A DNA stretch of 64,000 bases. Source: an uncultured bacterium. Lineage in GTDB: Bacteria > Zixibacteria > MSB-5A5 > UBA10806. Positions 10,241 to 20,653 of this stretch are shown in pieces (within the stretch, counting starts at the first letter, position 1; each line of letters opens with the position of its first letter). A program made the position numbers and the translations under genes. The stretch covers positions 32,001-96,000 of the forward strand of contig CBEUCH010000005.1 of the NCBI GenBank assembly GCA_965541585.1, in the 5' to 3' direction. Below the pieces are notes generated by a model that was not told the origin of the DNA, made no database searches, and was given only the letters and a program-made list of their open reading frames with translations.

Positions 10241-10732
10241 CTAGATCCCGGAGGCATACAGAGGTCTTCTGAAACCGGCAAATGAGCTTTTATAATATTT
10301 CTCGTCGAGGCTGGAGACTATCACGCCCCTCGATAAAGATGCGTGAATGAACTGCCCCTCCCCTAAATAAATCCCTACATGAGACGGTTTGCTCGATCTT
10401 ATTTTGAAGAACACCAGATCTCCCGGTCTGCTTCTGGAGCTTCGGACGGTGACGCTTTTTGCGTATTGTGCGCCTGTGGTTCGCGGAAGATAGATAGAGA
10501 GATATCGACTGTACATGGCAGATACGAATCCCGAACAATCCCAGCCGGATGACGACGTGCCTCCTGGTTTATAAGGATTCCCGATATGTTTACCGGCCCC
10601 CGAAATCAGTTTCCCGGCATCTTTCCGGGAAAGCGGAGAGATCTTAGTTGTAGCACCCGGTTTCCTTGCGGGACCGGAACAGGCGAGCGATAGCAAAAGA
10701 GCGGCAAATATGAAGACCTCGAGTTTTCTCAT
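10241..10732 (-). CDS. NlpC/P60 (C40) peptidoglycan endopeptidase lipoprotein
   Basis: Lipobox SLAC; GWDCSGFV, SHVGIY, FIHAS catalytic motifs. Confidence 0.92.
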   Translation of the reverse strand: MRKLEVFIFAALLLSLACSGPARKPGATTKISPLSRKDAGKLISGAGKHIGNPYKPGGTSSSGWDCSGFVSAMYSRYLSIYLPRTTGAQYAKSVTVRSSRSRPGDLVFFKIRSSKPSHVGIYLGEGQFIHASLSRGVIVSSLDEKYYKSSFAGFRRPLYASGI

Positions 10733-10837
10733 TCTAAATAAATTATCGACCGGATTGAAGCGGCCTTTTAAACGAGAGTGGGATAAATCATGCCTGATCG
10801 GCGGCGATAATATATCCTGACAGTTACAAACAGAAAC

Positions 10838-10866
10838 AAAAAAGCTCGCTGCGACTGCAGCGGGCT
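10838..10866 (-). terminator. Intrinsic terminator of the rplM...cdsA operon
   Basis: Minus strand AGCCCGCTGC-AGTC-GCAGCGAGCT followed by a T run. Confidence 0.75.
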
Positions 10867-10897
10867 CCGTCAGGTGCAGCTATCAGAGCTTCCGGAA

Positions 10898-11707
10898 TCA
10901 GCCAGGGAATTTGAGAATAAAATATACCGCCGGTAAGGCGAACGCAAGCGAATCGAATCGATCCAGTACACCACCGTGTCCGGGGATTAGATTCGACGAG
11001 TCCTTTACACCGCAATCCCTTTTCATGGCCGATTCTATCAAATCTCCTATCTGCCCGAAAAAAGTCGCTGCCAGGGATGCTATTAATATCAGGTATAACG
11101 CGAATTCGCCTTTTAGGAATTGATGGGCTGCAAAGGCGGCAATCAAGCCGCCTGGAAAGGCGAATATAAACCCGACCCGGGTCTTCCCCGGAGAAATCGT
11201 CGGTGCAAGCTTGCGACGCCCGAACCAGGTGCCGAAGGCATAGGCGAAGGTATCGGCAATCCAGATATTGACGAAGGTGAACAGCAAGATCGCCCAGCCA
11301 AGTCCGGAAGGATCCCTGTGTATCAGGATTGAGAACGATATGAAGAATCCGGGATAGACCGCCGCCAGTATGGCCACGGCTAACCGGGATGTGTAATTTG
11401 TAATCCCGGTTTCAATCATCTTCAGAGTTGCCGCCAGGAAGAAAAGAACAAACAGGATTAAAAGGCCCGCCTCTCCCAAGAATGAAAACTGGAACATTGA
11501 AACCAGTATTATTGCCAGCAAGGTCGCCAGACGCTTGCCGACCTGAATTCTCTTAGACATTAACATCGCGGCCAGCTCCCAGCTTCCCAGGATCGCAACC
11601 AGGATACAAAAAGCGTAGAGAAAATATCCACCCTCGTAAATGATAAATACCAGGGCGGGAATACCCACGGCCGCTACTATGAGTCTTTTTACGAGGTTCT
11701 TGGACAT
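10898..11707 (-). CDS. cdsA: Phosphatidate cytidylyltransferase
   Basis: ISPGKT, GDLIESAMKRDCGVKDSSNLIPGHGGVLDRFDS. Confidence 0.96.
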   Translation of the reverse strand: MSKNLVKRLIVAAVGIPALVFIIYEGGYFLYAFCILVAILGSWELAAMLMSKRIQVGKRLATLLAIILVSMFQFSFLGEAGLLILFVLFFLAATLKMIETGITNYTSRLAVAILAAVYPGFFISFSILIHRDPSGLGWAILLFTFVNIWIADTFAYAFGTWFGRRKLAPTISPGKTRVGFIFAFPGGLIAAFAAHQFLKGEFALYLILIASLAATFFGQIGDLIESAMKRDCGVKDSSNLIPGHGGVLDRFDSLAFALPAVYFILKFPG

Positions 11708-11709
11708 CG

Positions 11710-12456
11710 TTACGGGGATGATACCTTTCCAAACCGCCTTTCCCTGGACTGGTAATCCAGGAGGGCCTGGAGAAAATCATCCTCGGAAAAATCGGGCCAG
11801 AGAACATCGGTCACGTAAAGTTCCGTATAGGATGTCTGCCAGAGCAAGAAATTGGAGATACGCATTTCTCCCGATGTCCTGATGAGAAGATCGGGATCCG
11901 GCAGACCGTTGGTTTGCAGGTAGGTCGCAAACAGCCCATCATTTATGGACTCTGGCTTCACCTGACCGGTTGCGACATCCCGCGCAATGCTTCTTACAGC
12001 CTCGATGATCTCGTTCCGCCCGGAGTAATTCAGCGCCAGGTTGAGTATCAGACCGGTATTTGGAGTCGTTTTATTGATGGCATCGACAAGCACCTCGCGC
12101 CTCTTCTCAGGAAGTTTCTCAATATCGCCGGTAGCAATCAGGCGGACATTATTTTCCAGAAGTTCAGAGAGCTCTCTACGAGTGGTCTCTCCCAAGAGCT
12201 TCATTATAGCCGAAACTTCTCTTTTCGGACGTTTCCAGTTTTCTGTGGAGAAGGTAAAAAGCGTAAGATATTTCACGCCGATTTCGCCTGCAATTCGGAC
12301 TACCCTCTTGACCGCTTTAACACCTGCTCGATGACCGGCGGTTCTCGGCAAACCTCTCTTTTTAGCCCACCGGCCGTTGCCATCCATGATAATTGCCACA
12401 TGCACCGGCAGTTTACCGCGAAATTCCACTTCCGATTTCAGGTTATCGAAAGCCAT
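11710..12456 (-). CDS. uppS: Undecaprenyl diphosphate synthase
   Basis: HVAIIMDGNGRW, FSTENWKR, IRTSGEMRISNFLLWQ. Confidence 0.97.
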   Translation of the reverse strand: MAFDNLKSEVEFRGKLPVHVAIIMDGNGRWAKKRGLPRTAGHRAGVKAVKRVVRIAGEIGVKYLTLFTFSTENWKRPKREVSAIMKLLGETTRRELSELLENNVRLIATGDIEKLPEKRREVLVDAINKTTPNTGLILNLALNYSGRNEIIEAVRSIARDVATGQVKPESINDGLFATYLQTNGLPDPDLLIRTSGEMRISNFLLWQTSYTELYVTDVLWPDFSEDDFLQALLDYQSRERRFGKVSSP

Positions 12457-12471
12457 GCCGCAAACACTCCC

Positions 12472-13029
12472 TTATACCTCCATAACCTCTGCCTCTTTGG
12501 CTTCGATCATCTTGTCTATTCTCGATATACGATCATCTGTAATCTCTTGAATATGTTTTTGACCGTTGTGTAGATCATCTTCGCTTATCTCCGAGGCTTT
12601 CTCGGCCTTTTTGAGCTTCTCTATCGAATCCCGCCGAATATTCCGAACTGATATCTTGCCGTCCTCGCCAAACTTCTTGACCAGCTTGACCATCTCCCTC
12701 CGCCTCTCCTCGTTCAGAGGCGGAATCGGTAAACGAACTACGTTTCCTTCGGTCACGGGATTCAATCCCAGATCGGCCTTTTGAATTGCCTTGACGATAT
12801 CCCCGACGACATTCTTTTCCCACGGTTGAACAACGAGCAGTTTAGGGTCGGGCGCCGAAATTGACGCCACCTGTTTCAAGGGGGTCATCGTTCCATAGTA
12901 TTCGACTTTCACACCGTCCAGAATCGTAGTAGTCGCCTTCCCGGTGCGAATGCCTGCAAGCTCGCGGCCGATTGCTTCAACCGCTTTTTCCATCTTTTGT
13001 TCGGTATCACGATAAATTTCTTTTAGCAT
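12472..13029 (-). CDS. frr: Ribosome recycling factor
   Basis: IRTGKA, PPLNEERR, SVRNIRRD; synteny. Confidence 0.97.
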   Translation of the reverse strand: MLKEIYRDTEQKMEKAVEAIGRELAGIRTGKATTTILDGVKVEYYGTMTPLKQVASISAPDPKLLVVQPWEKNVVGDIVKAIQKADLGLNPVTEGNVVRLPIPPLNEERRREMVKLVKKFGEDGKISVRNIRRDSIEKLKKAEKASEISEDDLHNGQKHIQEITDDRISRIDKMIEAKEAEVMEV

Positions 13030-13040
13030 AAAAGCCCCGC

Positions 13041-13751
13041 TTATGACACTAGCGTTCCGACCTTTTCACCATATATTATACGTTTCAGATTTTCTTTCCT
13101 GTACAGATTAAAGACAACAATCGGCATATTGTTGTCCATACACATGGAGATGGCGGTAGCATCCATGACTTTCAAACCTTGATTCAAAACCTCCAGATAA
13201 CTCACCCTGTCGAATTTTTTGGCATTCGTATTGGAAATGGGATCGCTATCATAAACACCATCGACCTTGGTGCCTTTCAGTATTACCTCCGCGTCAACCT
13301 CCTTAGCCCTTAATGCGGCCGCGGTATCGGTCGTAAAATAGGGATTGCCGGTCCCGCCGGCAAAGATTACGATACGGCCCTTTTCGAGATGACGCAAAGC
13401 CCTCCGCCTGATAAATGGCTCGGCCACCGCCGCCATTTCGATGGCGGTCATTACGCGAGTGAACTTGCCGACTTTCTCGAGGTATTCCTGCAGGGCCAGA
13501 GAGTTTATGACGGTGGCCAGCATCCCCATAAAATCGGCGCTGACCCGGTCCATTCCCTCGGCAGCCGCTTGAAGTCCCCGGAATATATTTCCACCGCCGA
13601 TAACAATACCGATCTGCACGCCGAGATCGGCCACTTCTTTCACCTGTACCGCTATGCTGGTCAGGGTCTTCCCATCGAGCGCACCGGGTTTACCTCCCAT
13701 AAGAATCTCTCCGGATAGCTTCAGAAGGACCCTCTTATACTTCGCCTTCAT
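13041..13751 (-). CDS. pyrH: UMP kinase
   Basis: [25 protein letters not shown]; start placed at ATG 13751. Confidence 0.96.
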   Translation of the reverse strand: MKAKYKRVLLKLSGEILMGGKPGALDGKTLTSIAVQVKEVADLGVQIGIVIGGGNIFRGLQAAAEGMDRVSADFMGMLATVINSLALQEYLEKVGKFTRVMTAIEMAAVAEPFIRRRALRHLEKGRIVIFAGGTGNPYFTTDTAAALRAKEVDAEVILKGTKVDGVYDSDPISNTNAKKFDRVSYLEVLNQGLKVMDATAISMCMDNNMPIVVFNLYRKENLKRIIYGEKVGTLVS

Positions 13752-13799
13752 GTCCAACGCATCCCTGGAAGAGGATTTGGATTTCGAGGCAGGGACCAA

Positions 13800-14393
13800 T
13801 TATTCCCCCATTCGGAAACGCACGAATCTCCTGACAACTATATTTTCGCCAAGTTTGGCGATGGCATTGTTTAGAAGATCCTTTATAGCAATATCCTCAT
13901 CTTTGACGAAGGGCTGATCGAGAAGCACAACTTCCTGGTAGTATTTGGACAAACGACCCTCGATGATCTTCTCAATCACCTTCTCCGGCTTGCTCTCGTT
14001 TAAAGCCTGAGTTCGATATATCTCTTTTTCCTTTTCGATCAGAGACGGATCGAGCTGACCTCGCTCATTCACCAGGGGATTCGCGGCTGCTATCTGCATG
14101 GAAATATCCTTGGCGAGGGATTGAAAATCATCGGTACGGGCTACAAAATCAGTCTCGCAGTTGATTTCGAGCAGGACCCCGAGTTTACTGCCGGGGTGGA
14201 TATAAGAATAGATCAGGCCTTCATTCGCGCTCCGGTCTGCTTTTTGAGCCGCCTTGGAAAGCCCCTGCTGGCGCAGGATACTTACGGCTTTTTCGAGATT
14301 GCCTTCAGACTCCATAAGGGCTTTCTTGCAATCCATCATACCAGCACCGGTCATGTCGCGCAGTTCCTTTACAGTTTTGGCGCCAATTCCCAT
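13800..14393 (-). CDS. tsf: Elongation factor Ts (short form)
   Basis: ELRDMTGAGMMDCKKAL, NCETDFVA. Confidence 0.97.
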   Translation of the reverse strand: MGIGAKTVKELRDMTGAGMMDCKKALMESEGNLEKAVSILRQQGLSKAAQKADRSANEGLIYSYIHPGSKLGVLLEINCETDFVARTDDFQSLAKDISMQIAAANPLVNERGQLDPSLIEKEKEIYRTQALNESKPEKVIEKIIEGRLSKYYQEVVLLDQPFVKDEDIAIKDLLNNAIAKLGENIVVRRFVRFRMGE

Positions 14394-15149
14394 CTATTCT
14401 CTCTCCCGACCTACAGTTTTGGTTTCCTCGCCGCCCTCCGCCGCTTTCTCCATCTCGGCGGCGCTTACCCTGGCCTGAGATTCGACTATCTCGTCGGTTA
14501 TGGCCCGGGTTATTACAGAGATCGATTTTATCGCATCATCGTTGGCCGCTATTGGATAATCAATCGGTGTGGGATCTGTATTGGTGTCGATAATCGCTAT
14601 CACGGGAATCTTTAACTTGTTGGCCTCGGCGACTGCTATTCTCTCCTTTTTGGCGTCAATTACTAAAAGCAGGGAGGGCAAGCTAAACATATCCTTAATG
14701 CCGATTAGAAATTTCTCCAGCCTTGCGGCCTCCTTTTCAAGCTTGCTGGCCTCTTTCTTGGTAGCTTTCTCCAGAAAACCGTCTTCCTTCATCCTCTCAA
14801 TATCCTTTAAACGCTTGATGTTGCGCTTTATCGTCATGAAGTTGGTCAGCATCCCACCGAGCCAGCGTTCGATTATATAGAATTGTCCGGCGCGTTGTGC
14901 CTGGGTTTTCACAACCTCCTTGGCCTGTTTTTTGGTTCCGACCAGCAGTATCTTGCCGCCGGATTCGACAACCTCGCGAACTTTCTGACATGCTCTATTA
15001 ATCGACAACAGGGTTTTGTTGAGGTCGATGATATAGATGCCGTTTTTAGCTGTAAAAATGAATTTCTTCATTTTGGGATTCCATCGCCTGGTCTGATGGC
15101 CGAAATGAACCCCGGATTCGAGCAAATCCTTGATTGTTACATCTGGCAT
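14394..15149 (-). CDS. rpsB: 30S ribosomal protein S2
   Basis: GVHFGHQTRRWNPKM, RWLGGMLTN, ANDDAI; start placed at ATG 15149. Confidence 0.97.
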   Translation of the reverse strand: MPDVTIKDLLESGVHFGHQTRRWNPKMKKFIFTAKNGIYIIDLNKTLLSINRACQKVREVVESGGKILLVGTKKQAKEVVKTQAQRAGQFYIIERWLGGMLTNFMTIKRNIKRLKDIERMKEDGFLEKATKKEASKLEKEAARLEKFLIGIKDMFSLPSLLLVIDAKKERIAVAEANKLKIPVIAIIDTNTDPTPIDYPIAANDDAIKSISVITRAITDEIVESQARVSAAEMEKAAEGGEETKTVGRERE

Positions 15150-15152
15150 GTT

Positions 15153-15235
15153 TGGTTTCTCCTCCACCGGTTTCATACCCCGAATGGCTCCCGATTTTTC
15201 GGGAGACCCCATCCGGAGTCCGCCGATGTGTGTCG
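15153..15235 (-). promoter_or_regulatory. rpsB 5' leader (t44/S2-type autoregulatory RNA)
   Basis: ACACACAUCGG...CCGGUGGAGGAGAAACC with an internal CUCCCGA/UCGGGAG hairpin; resembles the known rpsB leader layout. Confidence 0.6.
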
Positions 15236-15243
15236 TTAGAAAA

Positions 15244-15636
15244 TTATCTCTTCGAGAACTGGAAGCGCTTACGAGCCTTTACGTGGCCGTATTTCTTGCG
15301 CTCCACCATCCTTGAATCGCGTGTCAGCAGCCCGTTGCGCTTTAAAAGTGGACGAAACTCAGGATCGTATTTCATCAGAGCTCGTGCAATCCCCAGACTA
15401 ACGGCGCCTGCCTGACCGGAAAGACCGCCTCCTTTGGCCACGCAGATTATATCGAACTTGCCCCCGAGCTCCACAACTTCGACCGGCTTCAAAGCGTGCA
15501 TGACAAGATTGGCTCGGCATAGATAGGAATTGATATCGATACCGTTTACCGTGATCTTGCCCTTGCCTCTCTTTAGCCTGATCTTGGCAACGGACTCCTT
15601 TCGTCGCCCGGTTGCTATATGATATTCGTCGGCCAA
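15244..15636 (-). CDS. rpsI: 30S ribosomal protein S9
   Basis: TGRRK, GGGLSGQAGA, ERKKYG...QFSKR. Confidence 0.98.
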   Translation of the reverse strand: MADEYHIATGRRKESVAKIRLKRGKGKITVNGIDINSYLCRANLVMHALKPVEVVELGGKFDIICVAKGGGLSGQAGAVSLGIARALMKYDPEFRPLLKRNGLLTRDSRMVERKKYGHVKARKRFQFSKR

Positions 15637-15653
15637 ATTACCTCCATAAAACT

Positions 15654-16091
15654 CTACTGAATTTTTATCTTCTCAGGTTTCTGTGCCGCGTGGGGATGGT
15701 CCTTTCCGGCGTAAACAAACAATTTCTTGTTCAGCCGCCGCCCCAGCCGGTTGCGAGGAAGCATACCCTTCACCGCTTTTTCGATTACACGCTCCGGATG
15801 CTTTGCCAGCATCCGCTCTACTGTAACCTCTCTGAGGCCGCCGGGATACCCCGTGTAAGAGTAGTATTTTTTCAAGAGAAGCTTCTTGCCGGATAATGCT
15901 ACTTTCTCGGCATTAATCACTACAATATAAGCTCCCATATCAAGGTGAGGCGTGAACAATGGGCTATCTTTGCCTCTAAGTGTAGTGGCTATCCTTGTCG
16001 CCAGACGGCCAAGAGGCTGGCCATCCGCGTCGATCAAGTACCACTTCTGATCTTGTCTGTTCTGTTTAGGTACAAAAGTTTTCGTATCCAT
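15654..16091 (-). CDS. rplM: 50S ribosomal protein L13
   Basis: [32 protein letters not shown]. Confidence 0.98.
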   Translation of the reverse strand: MDTKTFVPKQNRQDQKWYLIDADGQPLGRLATRIATTLRGKDSPLFTPHLDMGAYIVVINAEKVALSGKKLLLKKYYSYTGYPGGLREVTVERMLAKHPERVIEKAVKGMLPRNRLGRRLNKKLFVYAGKDHPHAAQKPEKIKIQ

Positions 16092-16275
16092 CCGGGCTCC
16101 GTTTCAGCCATCGTTTCTCAGAATCCGCAAAATTTATAATTTAAATATTAGACTCCCCATGTCAAGCAAAATAATCCAATCCTATCATCAAATTTACCGA
16201 ATTCCCCTCAGGGGAGAACTTATTTAAAAATATCGTCAGGCGGATCGATAAGGTTAGCGATGTTCTGCGATAACT

Positions 16276-17271
16276 CTACGGTCTCAGGATGCCCCGGTCG
16301 GTTATTATTCCGCTAATTAGCTCGTGGGGAGTGATGTCGAACGCCGGATTATGCGTTCGAGCGTCCGGAGGCGCTATCTGAACGCTTCCGATTTTCTTTA
16401 TTTCATCATCCGCGCGTATTTCTATGGCTATAGATTGCCCATCAGGGCAATTCGGATCAAATGTCGTCGACGGCGCGGCTGAATAGAATGGTATGTCATG
16501 ATGATTGGCCAGGACGGCCAGAGTATACGTGCCTATTTTATTGGCCAGATCGAGATTCTTCGCCACCCTATCGGCCCCGGTGATAACGAGATCAACCTGT
16601 CCACCGGACATCAGGTGGCCAGCCATATTATCAGTGATAAGCTTGTACGGGATTTTTGCTTTCGACAGCTCCCAGGCGGTAAGCCTGGCGCCCTGCAGTA
16701 CAGGACGGGTTTCATCAATCCAGACTTCTATTTTTTTCCCGGAGAAAAAAGCGGTATATATGACTCCAAGCGCAGTGCCGATTCCACCGGTGGCCAGCGC
16801 CCCTGCATTACAATGCGTGAGTATGCGGCAAGGATCGGGGATGACGTCATTGCCGAAGGCCCCCATTCGCTCACACATAAGTTCATCCTCTTTGTGAACG
16901 CTAATCGCTTCATCGATAAGGAGTTCCAATAGATTATCATGACCGATACACTCGTTCTGCTTCAACGCCATCCGGTCAATGGCCCCGGAGAGGTTCGCCG
17001 CCGTCGGTCGTGTGAACTTCAACAGGTTACACGCATTCCTGAATGATTCCCGGTTCGAAGGTTCGGGCAAGAGACAAAGCCCGTATGCAGCGGCGATGCC
17101 GATCAGCGGCGCGCCCCGGGTAGCCAGAGTGGAGATAGCGTCAGATACTTCTTCGACCGAACGCAGATCTCGATATTCTTCCTTCAGAGGTAATTGGCGT
17201 TGGTCGAGGATCACCGGATGGTCCTTTTCCCATCTGATGGAGGAAAATCCGAGCCTGGAGAGAATTCCCAC
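16276..17271 (-). CDS. mtnA: S-methyl-5-thioribose-1-phosphate isomerase
   Basis: RGAPLIG, TRPTAANL, THCNAGALAT, ETRPVLQGARLT, ANKIGTY, NPAFDITP. Confidence 0.95.
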   Translation of the reverse strand: MGILSRLGFSSIRWEKDHPVILDQRQLPLKEEYRDLRSVEEVSDAISTLATRGAPLIGIAAAYGLCLLPEPSNRESFRNACNLLKFTRPTAANLSGAIDRMALKQNECIGHDNLLELLIDEAISVHKEDELMCERMGAFGNDVIPDPCRILTHCNAGALATGGIGTALGVIYTAFFSGKKIEVWIDETRPVLQGARLTAWELSKAKIPYKLITDNMAGHLMSGGQVDLVITGADRVAKNLDLANKIGTYTLAVLANHHDIPFYSAAPSTTFDPNCPDGQSIAIEIRADDEIKKIGSVQIAPPDARTHNPAFDITPHELISGIITDRGILRP

Positions 17272-17691
17272 CTATTCTCCCACGAGCTGGACAATCAATT
17301 CGCGGGAGCGCGATCTGTTGTCAAAATCTGCCAAGATTATCTGCTGCCAGGTGCCGAGATCGAGACGGCTGCCATCGAACGGCACTGTCAATGAGGTCTT
17401 GATTAGAAACGATCTGAGATGCGAAAAGCCGTTGCCATCGCCCCAGGTCTTGTCATGCTCGTAAGGGACATTGCTCGGGATTATCTTCTCCAGAAATCGG
17501 GGGATATCCTCAAGGAGGCCCGGTTCATACTCGACGGTGCTGACAGCCGCGGTCGATCCGGTTACCGCCACTGTGCAGATCCCCTGAGTTAGACCGGATC
17601 TCTCCACTATGGCAGCGACATCGGAGGTGATATCGTGAATGCTGCAGAAGCCTTTGGTCTTGACTTTGATTTTGTCGCGATAGGCGGGCAT
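17272..17691 (-). CDS. yjbQ: YjbQ/UPF0047 family protein
   Basis: GSTAAVSTVEYEPGL, DGNGFSHLR, LGTWQQI, DFD; start placed at ATG 17691. Confidence 0.9.
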   Translation of the reverse strand: MPAYRDKIKVKTKGFCSIHDITSDVAAIVERSGLTQGICTVAVTGSTAAVSTVEYEPGLLEDIPRFLEKIIPSNVPYEHDKTWGDGNGFSHLRSFLIKTSLTVPFDGSRLDLGTWQQIILADFDNRSRSRELIVQLVGE

Positions 17692-17693
17692 AA

Positions 17694-18980
17694 TTACAGC
17701 GACGAATAGACTACATTCCCATCTACAATAGTCATGACCGGCTTGCCCTTCAGCTTCCAACCGGCGAAGGGGGTATTCCTCGAAAGGGATTTGAATTTGT
17801 CGGGATCGACTTCCCATTCGAGGTCAGGGTCGATGACTGTAATGTCGGCCGGAGCGCCTTCTTCAAATATGCCGCCCGGAATGTTCAATATTTTCGCCGG
17901 CGCCGTGGAGAGCCTGTTGACCGCCTGCGGCCAGGTCAGGATCTTTTTCCCAATGAGCTCGGTGACCACCAATCCGACCGCCGTCTCCAGCCCGACCATG
18001 CCGAATGGTGCATAGTCGAACTCGAGTTCCTTCTCCTCCACCGAATGGGGCGCGTGATCTGTGGCAATGGCATCGATGGTGCCGTCCTTCAATCCCTTTT
18101 TGATGGCCTCGACATCTTTTCGGGTGCGCAGCGGCGGGCTGACTTTCAGATTGGTATCAAACGACTTAACGAGATCATCCGTAAGCGTGAAACTATGCGG
18201 CGTGGCCTCCGCTGTAACATTGATACGAGACTTCTTCGCCTTTTTTATCAATTCCACCGATCCGGCTGTCGAGACATGCGCTATATGGATTCGGCTTTGA
18301 GTATATTCAGCCAGCATTATATCTCTGGCTACCATCAACTCCTCGGCCACCGACGGGATCCCTCTAAGCCCAAGCTGCGTAGATATATAGCTTTCGTTCA
18401 TTACGCCCGCGGCGGTCAGGTCGGAATATTCGCAATGGGATATCAACGGAACATCGCAGGCCCGCACATATTCGAGGGCGCGGCGCATGATATCGTTATT
18501 CTGTATACCCGAGCCGTCATCGGAAAAAGCCACCGCTCCGCAGCCGGACATCTCCAGCATCTCGGTTAGGTTTTTCCCTTTTCGCCCGACAGTTATTGCC
18601 CCGACTGGGTATACTTTCACCGGTGCCATCATGGATCGGTCGTTGATATATTCGACCGCTTCGACGTTATCGATAGGAGGCTCCGTGTTGGGCATGCAGG
18701 CTATTGACGTGAAGCCCCCGGCAGCGGCAGCCTCTGCCCCGGACATGATGGTCTCCTCATCCTCTCTTCCCGGTTCCCTGAGATGCACGTGCATATCTAT
18801 AAAACCGGGGCAAACCAATAAGCCTTTCAGGTCGATTCTGTTTTTACCGGAACCACCGGACTTTTTCCGCTTTTCGACTTTTGTGATCTTACCGCCGGAA
18901 ATATGAATCGTGCCTGTGCCCATAAATCCGGTTACCGGATCTACTATTCTGCCCCCGGTAAGCACCAGATTATTCTTCAT
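17694..18980 (-). CDS. pyrC: Dihydroorotase (type I)
   Basis: [23 protein letters not shown]. Confidence 0.96.
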   Translation of the reverse strand: MKNNLVLTGGRIVDPVTGFMGTGTIHISGGKITKVEKRKKSGGSGKNRIDLKGLLVCPGFIDMHVHLREPGREDEETIMSGAEAAAAGGFTSIACMPNTEPPIDNVEAVEYINDRSMMAPVKVYPVGAITVGRKGKNLTEMLEMSGCGAVAFSDDGSGIQNNDIMRRALEYVRACDVPLISHCEYSDLTAAGVMNESYISTQLGLRGIPSVAEELMVARDIMLAEYTQSRIHIAHVSTAGSVELIKKAKKSRINVTAEATPHSFTLTDDLVKSFDTNLKVSPPLRTRKDVEAIKKGLKDGTIDAIATDHAPHSVEEKELEFDYAPFGMVGLETAVGLVVTELIGKKILTWPQAVNRLSTAPAKILNIPGGIFEEGAPADITVIDPDLEWEVDPDKFKSLSRNTPFAGWKLKGKPVMTIVDGNVVYSSL

Positions 18981-19908
18981 CTATCTTACCTCTTCCGCCC
19001 GAGAGTAAATAGAGTAAGGCCATTCTCACCGCCACCCCATTGGTGACCTGCGGCAGAATAACAGAATGTGGCCCATCCGCAACTTCCGATGTGATCTCAA
19101 CACCCCGGTTGATCGGGCCGGGATGCATAATTGTGAAGTTTTCGTTGAGGTTTTTCAGGCGTTCACGCGTTATGCCGTAGAATCGGCTATATTCCCGAAG
19201 CGACGGCAGTAACCCTGCCTGTTGCCTTTCCTTTTGAATTCTCAGAACATTGACTACATCCGCACCCTGCAGAGCCTCGTCGATATCATCATAAACTGCC
19301 ACGCCGAATTTTTCCACCCCCACCGGCAAAAGAGTCCGCGGGCCGCAAACGGCGACATGGGCACCCATTGACAGCAGGCCCCAGATGTTGGAGCGGGCAA
19401 CTCGGGAATGCTTTATGTCTCCGACAATGACGACTTTCAATCCCTCGATATGACCATATTTCTCCCTGATGGTGAACATATCCAGTAATGCCTGTGTGGG
19501 ATGCTCGTGAGCGCCGTCACCGGCATTGATAATCGTCGATTCGCAGCAGGTTGAAAGGTAATGTGGCGCCCCGGCTGCCTGATGCCTGATGACTACCATA
19601 TCGATCCTCATCGCCTCGATATTCCAGACCGTATCTTTAAGACTTTCACCTTTGGCTACCGACGAACTTGAGGCTGAAAAGTTAACCGTGTCGGCGGACA
19701 GTCTCTTTTCAGCCAGCTCGAACGAGATTCTCGTGCGGGTGGAAGCCTCGTAAAACAGGTTAACAACCGTGACTCCACGGAGAGTCGGCACCTTGGGGAT
19801 TTTCCTGGCGAGAATTTCTTTGAATGATATGGTGGTGTCGAGAATCAGGTTTATATCATCGGCCGAAACGCCCTCGAGGCCCAGAAGATGGCGGATCTCC
19901 AGGCTCAT
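18970..19908 (-). CDS. pyrB: Aspartate carbamoyltransferase catalytic subunit
   Basis: [32 protein letters not shown]. Confidence 0.97.
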   Translation of the reverse strand: MSLEIRHLLGLEGVSADDINLILDTTISFKEILARKIPKVPTLRGVTVVNLFYEASTRTRISFELAEKRLSADTVNFSASSSSVAKGESLKDTVWNIEAMRIDMVVIRHQAAGAPHYLSTCCESTIINAGDGAHEHPTQALLDMFTIREKYGHIEGLKVVIVGDIKHSRVARSNIWGLLSMGAHVAVCGPRTLLPVGVEKFGVAVYDDIDEALQGADVVNVLRIQKERQQAGLLPSLREYSRFYGITRERLKNLNENFTIMHPGPINRGVEITSEVADGPHSVILPQVTNGVAVRMALLYLLSGGRGKIDEE

Positions 19909-20462
19909 ACCCCACCCCTACCGCTTCTGTCTATGATAACCTCGTCGATCCCGTCCTGCTCTTTCAGATGTACCTCGACCCGCTCCGAATGAGAGGTTGT
20001 CAAATCCCTGCCTACATAATCGGCCCTTATGGGAAGCTCACGCAATCCCCTATCCACGAGCACGGCAAGCTGTATAGCGCCAGGCCGTCCAAAATCAATA
20101 ATACTGTCCAGTGCCGCGCGCACTGTTCGCCCGGTGAATAAAACATCATCAACCAGAATCACTATCTTATCAGCGATGTCGAAGAGAATTTCCGTTTTCT
20201 GAACCAGGGGCTGGTCCAGCTTATCCTGAACATCATCACGGTATAGCGTTATATCCATTATCCCGACCGGCACATTCTTCCTGCCGATTTTACCCAAGAT
20301 CCCAGCCACTCTCTCGGCCAGTATCGCCCCCCTGGTTCGTATGCCTATAATAACGATTTTTTCAATTCCATTATTCCGCTCGATGATCTCATGACAGATT
20401 CTATTTAAAGCCAGCTTAATCGAATCTTTATTCATAATCCGCACAGTTGTAGCTTTTGCCAT
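19905..20462 (-). CDS. pyrR: PyrR bifunctional regulator/uracil phosphoribosyltransferase
   Basis: [34 protein letters not shown]. Confidence 0.95.
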   Translation of the reverse strand: MAKATTVRIMNKDSIKLALNRICHEIIERNNGIEKIVIIGIRTRGAILAERVAGILGKIGRKNVPVGIMDITLYRDDVQDKLDQPLVQKTEILFDIADKIVILVDDVLFTGRTVRAALDSIIDFGRPGAIQLAVLVDRGLRELPIRADYVGRDLTTSHSERVEVHLKEQDGIDEVIIDRSGRGGV

Positions 20463-20509
20463 CAAGCCTCCGTTAAAATCACATTGTATCCTGTTTACAG
20501 TTCATATGC

Positions 20510-20535
20510 AAAAAAAATCCGCCTCGGTGGCGGAT
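20510..20535 (-). terminator. Terminator or attenuator hairpin upstream of pyrR
   Basis: Minus strand ATCCGCC-ACCGA-GGCGGAT followed by a T8 run. Confidence 0.7.
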
Positions 20536-20605
20536 GATATCGGCTGGTTGATCCTTAAACATTTTCATACCGCTTCAATCGGTAAGATACCTCGATGCTG
20601 GCTTT

Positions 20606-20633
20606 AATTTAGTTTTGCAATCCACAAAGTCAA
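20606..20633 (-). promoter_or_regulatory. Candidate sigma70 promoter TTGACT-N16-TAAATT for the pyr operon
   Basis: Motif lies upstream of the leader terminator. Confidence 0.5.
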
Positions 20634-20653
20634 GCGAATTCCAGATGTCACTT

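Noticed and set aside
11914..12573. 219-aa plus-strand ORF and the many other antisense or nested ORFs in the track
   Set aside because: They overlap well-conserved genes and show no motifs.
16202..16215. TCCCC-N-GGGGA palindrome (similar one near 27943) as a shared operator
   Set aside because: Short, with different spacers; only two instances.
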